Assembly (NCBI GenBank): GCA_002269645.1
Contig: NIVC01000694.1
Coordinates: 1 to 64,000, forward strand
DNA: 64,000 nucleotides
Direction of reading: 5' to 3'
From: Macrostomum lignano
Taxonomy: Eukaryota
How positions within the stretch are numbered: position 1 is the first letter of the stretch; each line of letters begins with the position of its first letter. Below are positions 28,855 to 39,359 of the stretch, piece by piece. A program made the translations under genes and the position numbers. The notes under the pieces were generated by a model. The model searched no databases. It saw nothing but the letters and a program-made list of their open reading frames with translations, and was not told the DNA's origin.

Positions 28855-30510
28855 TGACCAATTATCTGTTTTTTGCTTTTGCTGACCAATTATTAGTTTT
28901 TTGCTTTTTGCTGACCAATTATTAGTTTTTTGCTTTTTGCTGACCAATTATTTGTTTTTTTGCTTTTTGCTGACCAATTATTTGTTTTTTGCTTTTTGCT
29001 GACCAATTATTTGTTTTTTGCTTTTTTGCTGACCAATTATTTGTTTTTTTGCTTTTTGCTGACCAATTATTTGTTTTTTGCTTTTTGCTGACCAATTATT
29101 AGTTTTTTGCTTTTTTGCTGACCAATTATTTGTTTTTTTGCTTTTTGCTGACCAATTATTTGTTTTTTGCTTTTTGCTGACCAATTATTAGTTTTTTGCT
29201 TTTTTGCTGACCAATTATTTGTTTTTTTTGCTTTTTGCTGACCAATTATTAGTCTTTTGCTTTTTGCTGACCAATTATTAGTCTTTTGCTTTTTGCTGAC
29301 CAATTATTAGTCTTTTGCTTTTTGCTGACCAATTATTAGTCTTTTGCTTTTTGCTGACCAATTATTAGTTTTTTGCTTTTTTTGCTGACCAATTATTTGC
29401 TTTTTTGCTTTTTGCTGACCAATTATTTGTTTTTTTGCTTTTTGCTGACCAATTATTTGTTTTTTGCTTTTTGCTGACCAATTATTAGTTTTTTGCTTTT
29501 TTGCTGACCAATTATTTGTTTTTTTTGCTTTTTGCTGACCAATTATTTGTTTTTTTTGCTTTTTGCTGACCAATTATTAGTCTTTTGCTTTTTGCTGACC
29601 AATTATTAGTCTTTTGCTTTTTGCTGACCAATTATTAGTCTTTTGCTTTTTGCTGACCAATTATTAGTCTTTTGCTTTTTGCTGACCAATTATTAGTTTT
29701 TTGCTTTTTTTGCTGACCAATTATTTGTTTTTTTGCTTTTTGCTGACCAATTATTTGTTTTTTCTTTTTGCTGACCAATTATTAGTTTTTGCTTGTTTGC
29801 TGACCAATTATAAGTTTTTTGCTTTTTTGTTGACTAATTATAAGTTTTTTGCTTTTTGCTGACCAATTATTAGTTTTTGCTTTTTAATTGCTGACCAATT
29901 ATTTGTTTTTTCTTTTTGCTGACCAATTATTTGTTTTTTTGCTTTTTGCTGACCAATTATTTGTTTTTTCTTTTTGCTGACCAATTATTAGTTTTTGCTT
30001 GTTTGCTGACCAATTATAAGTTTTTTGCTTTTTTGTTGACTAATTATAAGTTTTTTGCTTTTTGCTGACCAATTATTAGTTTTTGCTTTTTAATTGCTGA
30101 CCAATTATTTGTTTTTTGCTTTTTGCTGACCAATTATTTGTTTTTTTTGCTTTTTGCTGACCAATTATTAGTCTTTTGCTTTTTGCTGACCAATTATTAG
30201 TCTTTTGCTTTTTGCTGACCAATTATTAGTCTTTTGCTTTTTGCTGACCAATTATTAGTCTTTTGCTTTTTGCTGACCAATTATTAGTTTTTTGCTTTTT
30301 TTGCTGACCAATTATTTGTTTTTTTGCTTTTTGCTGACCAATTATTTGTTTTTTCTTTTTGCTGACCAATTATTAGTTTTTGCTTGTTTGCTGACCAATT
30401 ATAAGTTTTTTGCTTTTTTGTTGACTAATTATAAGTTTTTTGCTTTTTGCTGACCAATTATTAGTTTTTGCTTTTTAATTGCTGACCAATTATTTGTTTT
30501 TTCTTTTTGC
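28855..30510. repeat. T-rich ~27-30-bp satellite with higher-order blocks
   Basis: Core GCTGACCAATTATT(T/A)GT(T)nGC(T)n; a distinctive variant block recurs near 29790, 29995 and 30380. Confidence 0.95.
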
Positions 30511-31454
30511 TGACCAATTTATTTGTCGTTTCTTCTGTCGCTGACCAATTATTTGTTATTTTGCTTGTCACTGATCAATTGTTTATCGTGTCTTCTGTTT
30601 CTGACAATTTTTTGTCGTTTCTCCCGTTGCTGACCAATTATTTGCCCTATCCTGGTTGCTGTATGCCATGCTTTTGCGCTGGTTCGCTGTCAATATTTAT
30701 TTTCAGTTTCTGGTTTCAGTGGCGAATTTTATTGAGTCAAAAGAATTTGGTTAAAATAAAAATTTTGCACCTGCCAGCCTAACTCTAACGATGCCATGGC
30801 TTGAGAAAAGTCACTGAGATTCCATTGGTTAATGTGGAATGCTGAGATGCCATGGCTTGAGAAAAGTCACTGAGATTCCATTGATTAGTGTGGAATGCTT
30901 GGCGCTGTCCAAGCTTGGTATCGGGCGTGTTGTTGCTTCTTCAGCTCTAAACAAAATTTAATCTCTAAATAAACAATTGTGACTATGCACGGCTTTTACA
31001 TGTAGATTACATGTACATGGGGCCAAGATCGCTAGCATGCCAGCCTACAAGAGATCCACTTCTCATCCTATTCATGCTACTCATCAGTAGTCAATCTCAT
31101 AAGATAAAAAATGCAGCAAATAAAAGATGAAGCTCGTAGGCAATTCTGATTTTTACAGAATCAGTGCACAGATCTGCTGCAACAGACAAATGAAGGGTGC
31201 TGAGCAGCCGCACTTGCATGTATTCAAGGCAGTAAGAATTAAACTGTGATTGTTGGTCCAACCAGAGCAGAGCTGAGTTTTGAATGACCTTCGGATTCAG
31301 CGCGAGAATATTTAATTGGCAGGTGAATTGTTTTCATTGCGTTACAAAATCGGGTGAGAGTGGATATAAAAACAAGTTCAGAAAAGATAACAAAAGGCGA
31401 AACACAACTTCAAAAACTCCAGCTTCAGCAAAAAGCTCCATCTTTTTGGAGGTA

Positions 31455-31562
31455 CAGCCTCATCAGCCCGCTAGTCCAGCCTCATCAGCCCGCTAGTCCA
31501 GCCTCTGCATCAGCTGGTCCAGCCTCATCAGCCCGCTAGTCCAGCCTCTGTATCAGCTGGTC
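31455..31562. repeat. 22-bp repeats built from the 3' end of the HAD gene
   Basis: GCTAGTCCAGCCTCATCAGCCC units contain the reverse complement of AGG CTG GAC TAG. Confidence 0.8.
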
Positions 31563-32252
31563 CAGCCGCTCAATCCGCAGCTCCTGGGGGACGTCGGCGG
31601 CCTCGCGGCCGGCTGGGTCCAGCAGCAGCGCCCGGAAGCCGCAGGCGCGCGCGGCCTCGAAGTCGTTGCGCCGATCGTCGCCGACGTGCAGGATGGCTCC
31701 GGGCTCCTCGCCGAGCCGCTTGGCGGCCAGCGCAAAGATGTGGGGGTCCGGCTTGACGAGGTCGGCCTCGAAGCTGGAGACCACGGCGGCGAACCTGTCG
31801 GCCACGCCCAGACAGGCCAAGATGTCCGGCAGGCGGTCGTCGAAGTTGGACAGGACGCCCAGCTTCAGGGAGCGGGCGGCTAGCGCCTCCAGCGTCTCCG
31901 AGCAGCCCTCGGTCAGCTCCACGGCGCCCGGAGTCTTGTAGAAGTTCCTGAGATTCTTGCACATGATCTCGGGAACGTCCTTCGGCTTCAGGGCGCCGTC
32001 GGAGGCTGCCACGAACAGGCGGCGGATGAACTCGCTCCACCAGGCCTCGGCGGTGGCCGCGCCGCTGGCACGGTCGAAATTCGGCCGCTCCGTCAGCATG
32101 GTGGACAGCGTGGAGGGCACGGCGGCGTCCAGCCGCTCCTGGCTGACGGCATCGATGCCGTAGCTCTTGGCGTACTTCAGGTACTGGTAGCCCACCGACT
32201 TGCGGGCCCGGACCAGCGTTCCCCACGCGTCGAATGTGACGGCTGCGAGTCT
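31536..32252 (-). CDS. HDHD3: HAD-superfamily hydrolase (HDHD3/REG-2-like); exon begins at an AG acceptor, start Met not encoded locally
   Basis: RLAAVTFDAWGTL (motif I), VLSNFD (II), KPDPHIF (III), HVGDDRRND (IV). Pyrimidine tract plus CAG at 32255-32253 immediately precedes AGA CTC GCA in phase 0. Confidence 0.85.
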   Translation of the reverse strand, partial: RLAAVTFDAWGTLVRARKSVGYQYLKYAKSYGIDAVSQERLDAAVPSTLSTMLTERPNFDRASGAATAEAWWSEFIRRLFVAASDGALKPKDVPEIMCKNLRNFYKTPGAVELTEGCSETLEALAARSLKLGVLSNFDDRLPDILACLGVADRFAAVVSSFEADLVKPDPHIFALAAKRLGEEPGAILHVGDDRRNDFEAARACGFRALLLDPAGREAADVPQELRIERLDQLIQRLD

Positions 32253-32271
32253 CTGCGGACGAGGCGATGGG

Positions 32272-32760
32272 GATTGGGAGGCTGGGCACTGGCTTGATGC
32301 AGCTGAGGATGCTGAGGACTGGCATGATGCAGTTGAGGATGCTGGGGACTGGCCTGATGCAGATGAGGATGTTGGGGACCGGCCTGATGCAGCTGAGGAT
32401 GCTGAGGACTGGCCTGATGCAGTTGAGGATGCTGGGGACTGGCCTGATGCAGATGAGGATGTTGGGGACCGGCCTGATGCAGCTGAGGATGCTGAGGACT
32501 GGCCTGATGCAGTTGAGGGTGCTGTGGACTGGCATGATGTAGATGAGGATGCTGGGGACTGGCCTGATGCAGATGAGGATGTTGGGGACCGGCCTGATGC
32601 AGATGAGGATGCTGGGGACTGGCATGATGCAGTTGAGGGTGCTGTGGACTGGCATGATGTAGATGAGGATGCTGGGGACTGGCCTGATGCAGATGAGGAT
32701 GTTGGGGACCGGCCTGATGCAGATGAGGATGCTGGGGACTGGCCTGATGCAGCTGATGAT
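32272..32760. repeat. 30-bp minisatellite, ~16 copies
   Basis: Unit GCTGGGGACTGGCCTGATGCAGATGAGGAT with variants; directly upstream of the HAD acceptor. Confidence 0.95.
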
Positions 32761-33054
32761 TAACGAATCGACAAAGAAATCTCGCAAATCCAATAAATTC
32801 GTTAACACAGTAACAAACTTTTCTATTATGAAATCGTAGAAAGAAAAAATATTGCAAACCAATAAAAAGGGAATTTGATGCATTGAAAACGCCATATTTC
32901 ACCACGACGCTATTGATTTCAGTGGGTAAAACAACGACAATGTCTGGATAGGAATTGCAAAAAGATAAATAGGAATTTATACTTGTTTATATCTGGAAGG
33001 ACACCCATAGGGAATACAAGGCGGAATCGCGAATTATTTTAAGCATGAGGCTGA

Positions 33055-33508
33055 GCGTGATTCTCATGTGTGATTCTCAGAGCTGTGATTCTCAGGTGTG
33101 ATGCTCGTGTGTGATTCTCAGGTGTGATTCTCAGAGCTGTGATTTTCAGAGCTGCGATTCTTACAGCTGTGATTCTCATGTGATTCTCAGACTGTGATTC
33201 TCAGGTGTGATGCTCGTGTGTGATTCCCAGGTGTGATGCTCGTGTGTGATTCTCAGGTGTGATTCTCAGAGCTGTGATTCTCAGAGCTGTGATTCTTAGA
33301 GCTGTGATTCTTAGAGCTGTGATTCTCATGTGTGATGCTCGTGTGTGATTCCCAGGTTTGATGCTCGGGTGTGATTCTCAGGTGTGATTCTCAGAGCTGT
33401 GATTCTCAGGTGTGATTCTCAGACTTTGATTCTCAGGTGTGATGCTCGTGTGTGATTCCCAGGTGTGATGCTCGTGTGTGATTCTCAGGTGTGATTCTCA
33501 GAGCTGTA
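33055..33508. repeat. Mixed 13-15-bp tandem repeat
   Basis: GTGTGATTCTCAG / GCTGTGATTCTCAGA / GTGTGATGCTC units. Confidence 0.9.
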
Positions 33509-33907
33509 CCACTGGGGGGGGGGCGTAGGCGCCGCAATCAGGCCGAGGGCCCCTATCGCAGGATTCTTCACAAATTCTCAGATACAATCCATAGGTGCGA
33601 TTCACAGGTGCAATTCACAGATGTGCTTCTCAAGTGCGATTGTCAGGTGTGATTCTCAGAAAATAAAGCATATTTTGTAAATCTTGTAAGCAGCGCTGCA
33701 TAGCAGGTGAAAGCAACACAAAAGCACAAAATGCCATGACGGAAAGCGGCGCACACTGCAGCTGTAAAAAATGACCAGCAGAAGCAGAGCAGAAAACTGT
33801 AACTCAGGAGAATACCGATTAATGCATGGCAAACAAGAGCCAACTACCTGATTCCGCATAAAAATCGCAGAAAATATTAATTCAAAACTTCTCAATCAGT
33901 CTGCCTA

Positions 33908-35536
33908 TCAATGACCAGCTGCCGCCTCCTTGGCGTGGAGCAGCGAGTGCCTCTTCAGGTGTTTGCTCTTCAGGAAGCGCCTGCCGCAGAGCTCGCAGGC
34001 GAACGGCCCGTCGCCGGCGTGGGACGGCAGTTGGCGCCGCAGCCAGGCCGGGCTGGCGAACACCCGGCCGCAGTGCCTGCAGCGGCTCCCCCCGCCAGCT
34101 GTGCCGGCGGCTGCTGGCTCGGCCCCGCCAGCGCCCGGCCTCCCAGCCTCCCTGGCGTGGGTCAGCGAGTGCCTCTTCAGGTGGTCGAGTCGGGAGAACA
34201 GCAGGCCGCAGCGCTCGCAGGCGAAGGCCCGCGTGCTGGCGTGGCACAGCAGGTGGCGCTTCAGCTTATACGGATTGCTGAACACCTTGCCGCACTGCTC
34301 ACAGCTGGCCTCCGCCGGCACTGGGGCGGCCCTGCTGCCGGCGCCCTGATGACCTCCTGGCGGGTCTGGGCTGCTGCCCGCGCTCTGATGACCTCCTGGC
34401 GATTCTGGGCCGCTGCCCGCGCCCTGATGACCTCCCGGCGATTCTGGACCGCTGCCCGCGCCCTGATGACCTCCTGGCGATTCTGGGCCGCTGCCCGCGC
34501 CCTGATGACCTCCCGGCGAGTCTGGACCGCTGCCCGCGCCCTGATGACCTCCCGGCGAGTCTGGACCGCTGCCCGCGCCCTGATGACCTCCTGGCGAGTC
34601 TGGGTCGCTCTTCATCACGTGGCTGAGCACGTGCTCCAGGTACAGCGGCAGGCGCAGCTGGCCGAAGCTCTGGCAGCAGACAGGACAGTCCGGACAGTTG
34701 GCCATGTCGCGCCAGACTCGCATCCTTGACGCGTGCTTGGCGCCCCGGTGCCGGCACAGAGCGGACTTGGAGGCGTAGGTTCGCTGGCAGACGTCGCAGC
34801 TGAACGCCTGGACGCCGTTGTGGGCCCTCATGTGCAGGCGGAGGCTGCGGTAGGTAGGGAGCAGCTTGCAGCACACCAGGCACTGTCTGGGCCCGTCGGA
34901 GCCTTCGCTGCTGGCAGCCTTCACGCCGCACTGAGCCGACCTGCAGTGCGCCCGCAGAGTGTAGAGCTCCCAGAAGCCTCTGCCGCAATTTTGGCACCTG
35001 TGCGGCTTTTCCTTGACGTGATGGACCAGCAGGTGTCTCCTCAGGTGGGTGGACTGGATGAAGCACTTGTCGCAACGGTCGCATTTGAAAGGCCGCTCGC
35101 CGCTGTGCACCCGGAGATGGGTGTTGAGGGTACTGAGCTGGCGGAAGCGCTGGTCGCAGTGCTGGCACTGGAAGGGCCGCTCGCCGCTGTGCACCAGCCG
35201 GTGCCGCCTCAGGCCGGTCGGGTAGGTAAACGACTTGCTGCAGTGCTCGCAGTCGAGCCGCTTCTTTGTCTGCACCAGCAGCTTTGAGCTTCTCTGACCG
35301 GCCCCGCCAGCAAGTTCAGCTGAGGTCGGTGGGTCCTCTCGATTCCCTTCGGCATCAGGTTTCTCCAAACCGTCCACCAACTGATCCGCACTATTCGGCA
35401 CCCTTGATGGCCGGATCACGTACTCATCCTTGATGTTGGCGGGTTCCGCCGCGGCCGCAGGCTCAGGACTGGCCGCATCGGGCAGGCGGCAGACCAGAAA
35501 GTCGCCGATGTCGCACAAATGGCCGAGCTCTGCCAT
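33908..35536 (-). CDS. C2H2 zinc-finger protein, 542 aa, ~11 fingers (some degenerate)
   Basis: CxxC..HxxxH repeats with HSGERPF linkers; seven in-frame 13-aa repeats between finger clusters. Confidence 0.92.
   Translation of the reverse strand: MAELGHLCDIGDFLVCRLPDAASPEPAAAAEPANIKDEYVIRPSRVPNSADQLVDGLEKPDAEGNREDPPTSAELAGGAGQRSSKLLVQTKKRLDCEHCSKSFTYPTGLRRHRLVHSGERPFQCQHCDQRFRQLSTLNTHLRVHSGERPFKCDRCDKCFIQSTHLRRHLLVHHVKEKPHRCQNCGRGFWELYTLRAHCRSAQCGVKAASSEGSDGPRQCLVCCKLLPTYRSLRLHMRAHNGVQAFSCDVCQRTYASKSALCRHRGAKHASRMRVWRDMANCPDCPVCCQSFGQLRLPLYLEHVLSHVMKSDPDSPGGHQGAGSGPDSPGGHQGAGSGPDSPGGHQGAGSGPESPGGHQGAGSGPESPGGHQGAGSGPESPGGHQSAGSSPDPPGGHQGAGSRAAPVPAEASCEQCGKVFSNPYKLKRHLLCHASTRAFACERCGLLFSRLDHLKRHSLTHAREAGRPGAGGAEPAAAGTAGGGSRCRHCGRVFASPAWLRRQLPSHAGDGPFACELCGRRFLKSKHLKRHSLLHAKEAAAGH
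34336..34607 (-). repeat. In-frame coding VNTR, 39 bp x7 (P[D/E]SPGGHQGAGSG)
   Basis: CTGATGACCTCC recurs every 39 nt. Confidence 0.9.
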
Positions 35537-36366
35537 CGGCGGCGCGGCCCTGGCAGCAAAACCGACAGGCAGGCAATCAGGTGATAATGAGCTGGCCTAC
35601 CAGGCAGTGTACGTACCCAGACTATATATACAGACTTTGGTATACAGACTTTGGTTCCCCATGAAAACGGTACCTAAGCGAAGCGTCCCAGAGCCACTTG
35701 CGTCGCTCCAGAGTCGTTTCAGAATCGTTGCAGATGACAGGTAAAATAGGACATATGATGTCACGGTACAAATCGCCTAAGAGTAACTTTAAAGCGTTTT
35801 ACTCTGGGGCGACGGCACATCGACTCTGTGGCCGTAGAGTCGTATTTGAGGCGTGCTGGAGTCGCTGCAGAGTCACTGAGTTGTGCTTGAAGCGTTACAT
35901 CTCTATGGGAAAGTTAAGCGCCAACTCAATGATTCTTGGAGGGCTCTTTCACGCTTCTACAACTCACGTGACGCGCTTGTGACGCAACTCCGTCGCATTA
36001 GACACGTTTGAGTCGTTAAAAAGTCATAACAGAAGCCGCAGAATGGTTTTTTGTCATGGTATCTTTTTTAGCGGGTTCCCTGGCAAAAAGTTTAAAACCC
36101 CGAAATTAGCTAATGATAAATTTTATCAGACCTACTAGTCCAGTACAAAAGAAAACTCAATTGCAAAGAAAATCTGCTATAATGTTATAAAAAAGGACGG
36201 AGTTAAATCGCAGTGCAGTTTTTTTGTGAAACAGACTTGCATATCAATAGTTAAGCAGCTACACATAACAACAGTACAAATGTTCCAGCAACTGCAAAAG
36301 ATTAATTTTTAAACCCTAATAACACAATGAAATGGCATCTTGGAGGAGTCTGGCAGACGCAAGCGC

Positions 36367-37425
36367 TCAGGACAGGAAGAACAGGTCCTCCAGCACTCCG
36401 GAGTCGTCATCGCCAGACTCGTCACCCTCGCCTTCGTCAGCGTCGCCGAAGCCGCCGAAGGCCTCGCCATCGATCTCCTCCTCCTCATCGTCGAACTGAG
36501 GGCCGTCGAGCGACTCGACGATGTCCAGCAGCGAGTCCGGCCGCGGCGACGGCGATCTGGGAGGCGGCGGCCGCACTGGGGTTCGCCGAATCCGCGACCG
36601 CGCCGGCGGCTGCGGCGGCCCGAGCACCTCCGGCAGGACGAAGAACTCGTCGGCGGAGTCGGCGTGCGGCTGGCGCAGAATCCGGTTGCCTCCGCTGCGG
36701 CCACCGGCGGCTGCGGCGCCGCGGTCCCGCGGGCCTTCGTTGTCGGGCAGCTTCTTGGCGCTGACTCCGCTGAGCTCGCGCAGCTGCCGGCAGAGGTGCC
36801 GCTGGGTCCGGTCGGTGAGCCGCAGCTGCTGCCGCAGCAGCGCCAAGATGGCGTCGTCGTCCTCGCCGGGCTGCGGCTTGGCGCCAGACGGGGCAGCGCC
36901 GATTTCTCGGTCGATCCGCTCTGTAAAGGCGCGCCGCCGACCGCCGGACGACACAGGAGGGGCCTGCTTTGGCGGCGGCGGCGATGGCGATGGCTTTGTC
37001 GACTCGTCGCACTGGCTAGCGACGCTGCGCGGACCCCGCCGCCGCTCAGTATCGGCCGCCAGGCGGGCCTCCAGCTCCGCCAGGGTGCGCCGCTGCCGCT
37101 CGAGGTCGGCGCGCAGGCTGTCCACCTCGCGACGGCGCAGCTGGCGCTCTTCGGCGAGTCCCTTCTCGGCGCGCGCCTTCGCCTCGGCCAGGTGGCCGAG
37201 CTCGGACACCAGCTCGGCCAAGCGCTGCCGCTCCGCGGGGCCGAGGTCGGCAAAAGACCGGAGCTGCTGGGGAGGTTGTGGGGGCGGCGCAGATTCTGTC
37301 AGCTGCTGCTTCTGCGGCTGCGCCGGCCGCTGTCGCTTTTTGGCCGCAGGGCTGGCGGCGTCGGGCTCCCTCAGGCCGGACACCCAGGCGGCTTTCGGCC
37401 GGGTGTCCAGGCGCTGCTGGTCCAT
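36367..37425 (-). CDS. KIAA1328: Hinderin/KIAA1328-like coiled-coil protein, 352 aa
   Basis: SFADLGPAERQRLAELVSELGHLAEAKARAEKGLAEE resembles the hinderin conserved block ([28 protein letters not shown], from memory); acidic C-terminus; coding-like GC bias. Confidence 0.65.
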   Translation of the reverse strand: MDQQRLDTRPKAAWVSGLREPDAASPAAKKRQRPAQPQKQQLTESAPPPQPPQQLRSFADLGPAERQRLAELVSELGHLAEAKARAEKGLAEERQLRRREVDSLRADLERQRRTLAELEARLAADTERRRGPRSVASQCDESTKPSPSPPPPKQAPPVSSGGRRRAFTERIDREIGAAPSGAKPQPGEDDDAILALLRQQLRLTDRTQRHLCRQLRELSGVSAKKLPDNEGPRDRGAAAAGGRSGGNRILRQPHADSADEFFVLPEVLGPPQPPARSRIRRTPVRPPPPRSPSPRPDSLLDIVESLDGPQFDDEEEEIDGEAFGGFGDADEGEGDESGDDDSGVLEDLFFLS

Positions 37426-37631
37426 CGGAGGAAGCAGGCCGGTCAGGAACTGACGCTATGGACCTCGCGACCGCCCGGTAGCTGCAGTATGTGCGGGGCC
37501 GGGTTCGAGAGCTATTTAGGTAACGCATGGGAATCAGGCTAGAGTAATGCTAGATGCTAGAGTAACTTTCAGGGAGTTTCTAGTCCATTTGGGAACATCT
37601 AATCCTTTAGCTAATACTCAAGCACCTTAGG

Positions 37632-38555
37632 GCGATCCCATCCCTACTTATCCAATGGAGATCCCATCCCTACTCTTCCAGGGAGATCCCATCTCTTACT
37701 CCTTCAGAAAGATCCCATCCCTACTCCACCAAGGATATCCCATCTCTACTCCTTCTGGAGACCCCATCTCTACTCTTCCAAGGGAGATCCCATCCCTACT
37801 CCTCCAGGGAGATCCCATCCCTACTTCTCCAAGGAAGACCCCATCCCTACTCCTCCAAGGAAATCCCATCCCTACTCCTCCAGGAGACCCCATCCCTACT
37901 ACTCCAAGGAGGTCCCATCCCTACTCCTCTAGGGAGACCCCATCCCTACTCCTCCAGGGAGACCCCATCCCTACTACTCCAAGGAGGTCCCATCCCTACT
38001 CCTCCAGGGAGACCCCATCCCTACTCCTCCAGGGAGACCCCATCCCTACTACTCCAAGGAGGTCCCATCCCTACTCCTTCAGGGAGACCCCATCCCTACT
38101 ACTCCAAGGAGGTCCCATCCCTACTCCTCCAGGGAGACCCCATCCCTACTCATCCAGGGAGACCCCATCCCTACTCCTCCAAGGAGATTCCATCCCTACT
38201 TCACCAAGGGAGACCCCATCCTTACTCTTCGAGGTAGATACCATCCCTACTCGTCGAGGTAGACCCCATCCCTACTCCTCGAGGTAGATCCCATCCCTAC
38301 TCCTCCAAGAGAGACCCCATCCGTACTCCTCGAGATAGATCCCATCCCTACTCCTCCAAGAGAGACCCCATCCCTACTCCTCGAGGTAGACCCCATCCCT
38401 ACTCCTCCAAGAAAGACCCCATCCCTACTCCTCCAAGAAAGACCCCATCCCTACTCCTCCAAGAAAGACCCCATCCCTACTCCTCCAAGAAAGACCCCAT
38501 CCCTACTCCTCCAAGAAAGACCCCATCCCTACTCTTCGAGGTAGATCCCATCTCT
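37632..38555. repeat. ~25-bp degenerate minisatellite
   Basis: Unit AGGGAGACCCCATCCCTACTCCTCC with variants. Confidence 0.92.
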
Positions 38556-38878
38556 AGAGCTTCAGTGTCCTCACAGAGCTGTTGAAAGTCCAAGCCAGAT
38601 GTGTAAGCTGAAGTCAAATAATGAAGCAAAGACTGCAACGATTAATTATGGCTAAGAGTACAGGGGCTACAGTGCAGTCATTATATTTATTATATTAATT
38701 TAATATTTCCGTCCCAATTACTTAAGTTTTACAAATTAACAAAGCAGCTCAGATGTTGAGCTCATTCCAGACGCTGTTAAGACCCAGCAGCTCACTGGCT
38801 GCACTACACGGCTATGCTACAGGGGCAAATAAGCAGTTTACATATTTCAAAATATAGATGAGTCAGATGAGTCAGCGT

Positions 38879-39148
38879 TCACTTCTGATCCGGGATGCCC
38901 TCCAGCGAGATGGTCTTGTAGATGGCCTTGTTGCCGGACAGGGCGCCGCCGAACAGGTTGCGGTAACCGGCCTGGTGGACGAGGCGCTGGTCGCGGGCGA
39001 ACAGCGGGAAGTCGTAGGCGTCGTTGAGGACGGCGCGCTGGTACCAGCGCCGGTCCCGCAGCGTGTAGTTGCCCGCCCAGTGCAGCACTTGGAAGGCGTT
39101 CATGCAGATAAACACGAGGGCCGCCGAGGGAATAATTTCGTACCACAT
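38879..39148 (-). CDS. NDUFA1: NADH dehydrogenase 1 alpha subcomplex subunit 1 (MWFE), 89 aa
   Basis: Starts MWYEIIP (cf. MWFEILP), one TM helix, L-x-x-RD-x-R, ends SLEGIPD (cf. GLENID). CTGCAG acceptor 13 nt upstream of ATG; AATAAA at 38691-38686. Confidence 0.85.
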   Translation of the reverse strand: MWYEIIPSAALVFICMNAFQVLHWAGNYTLRDRRWYQRAVLNDAYDFPLFARDQRLVHQAGYRNLFGGALSGNKAIYKTISLEGIPDQK

Positions 39149-39359
39149 CGCTGCTGATGCTCTGCAGACTACTCACAACTGGCAGTAGTAATAGTAGTGC
39201 AGTGCGGTCGCGTGGACCATGCAAATTGTAAATAATAAAAGCATCAGCTATCCTCATATTGGCTCATTGATGTCAGAAAAACATGGAGTCCTTGGTACAA
39301 AAACTAGATTGGAAACTCCGACTACACGCGCCCTAGGTTCCTGGGTTCGATTCCCGTAA

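Noticed and set aside
31570-32905. 441-aa and 242-aa ORFs running through the 30-bp VNTR
   Set aside because: They enter the HAD gene in the wrong frames and are repeat-derived.
33882-37542. Large antisense and alternate-frame ORFs over the zinc-finger and hinderin-like genes
   Set aside because: Shadow ORFs expected from very high GC coding sequence; no domain signal.
39290-39356. Intact tRNA gene
   Set aside because: B-box present, but no convincing A-box, acceptor stem or cloverleaf.
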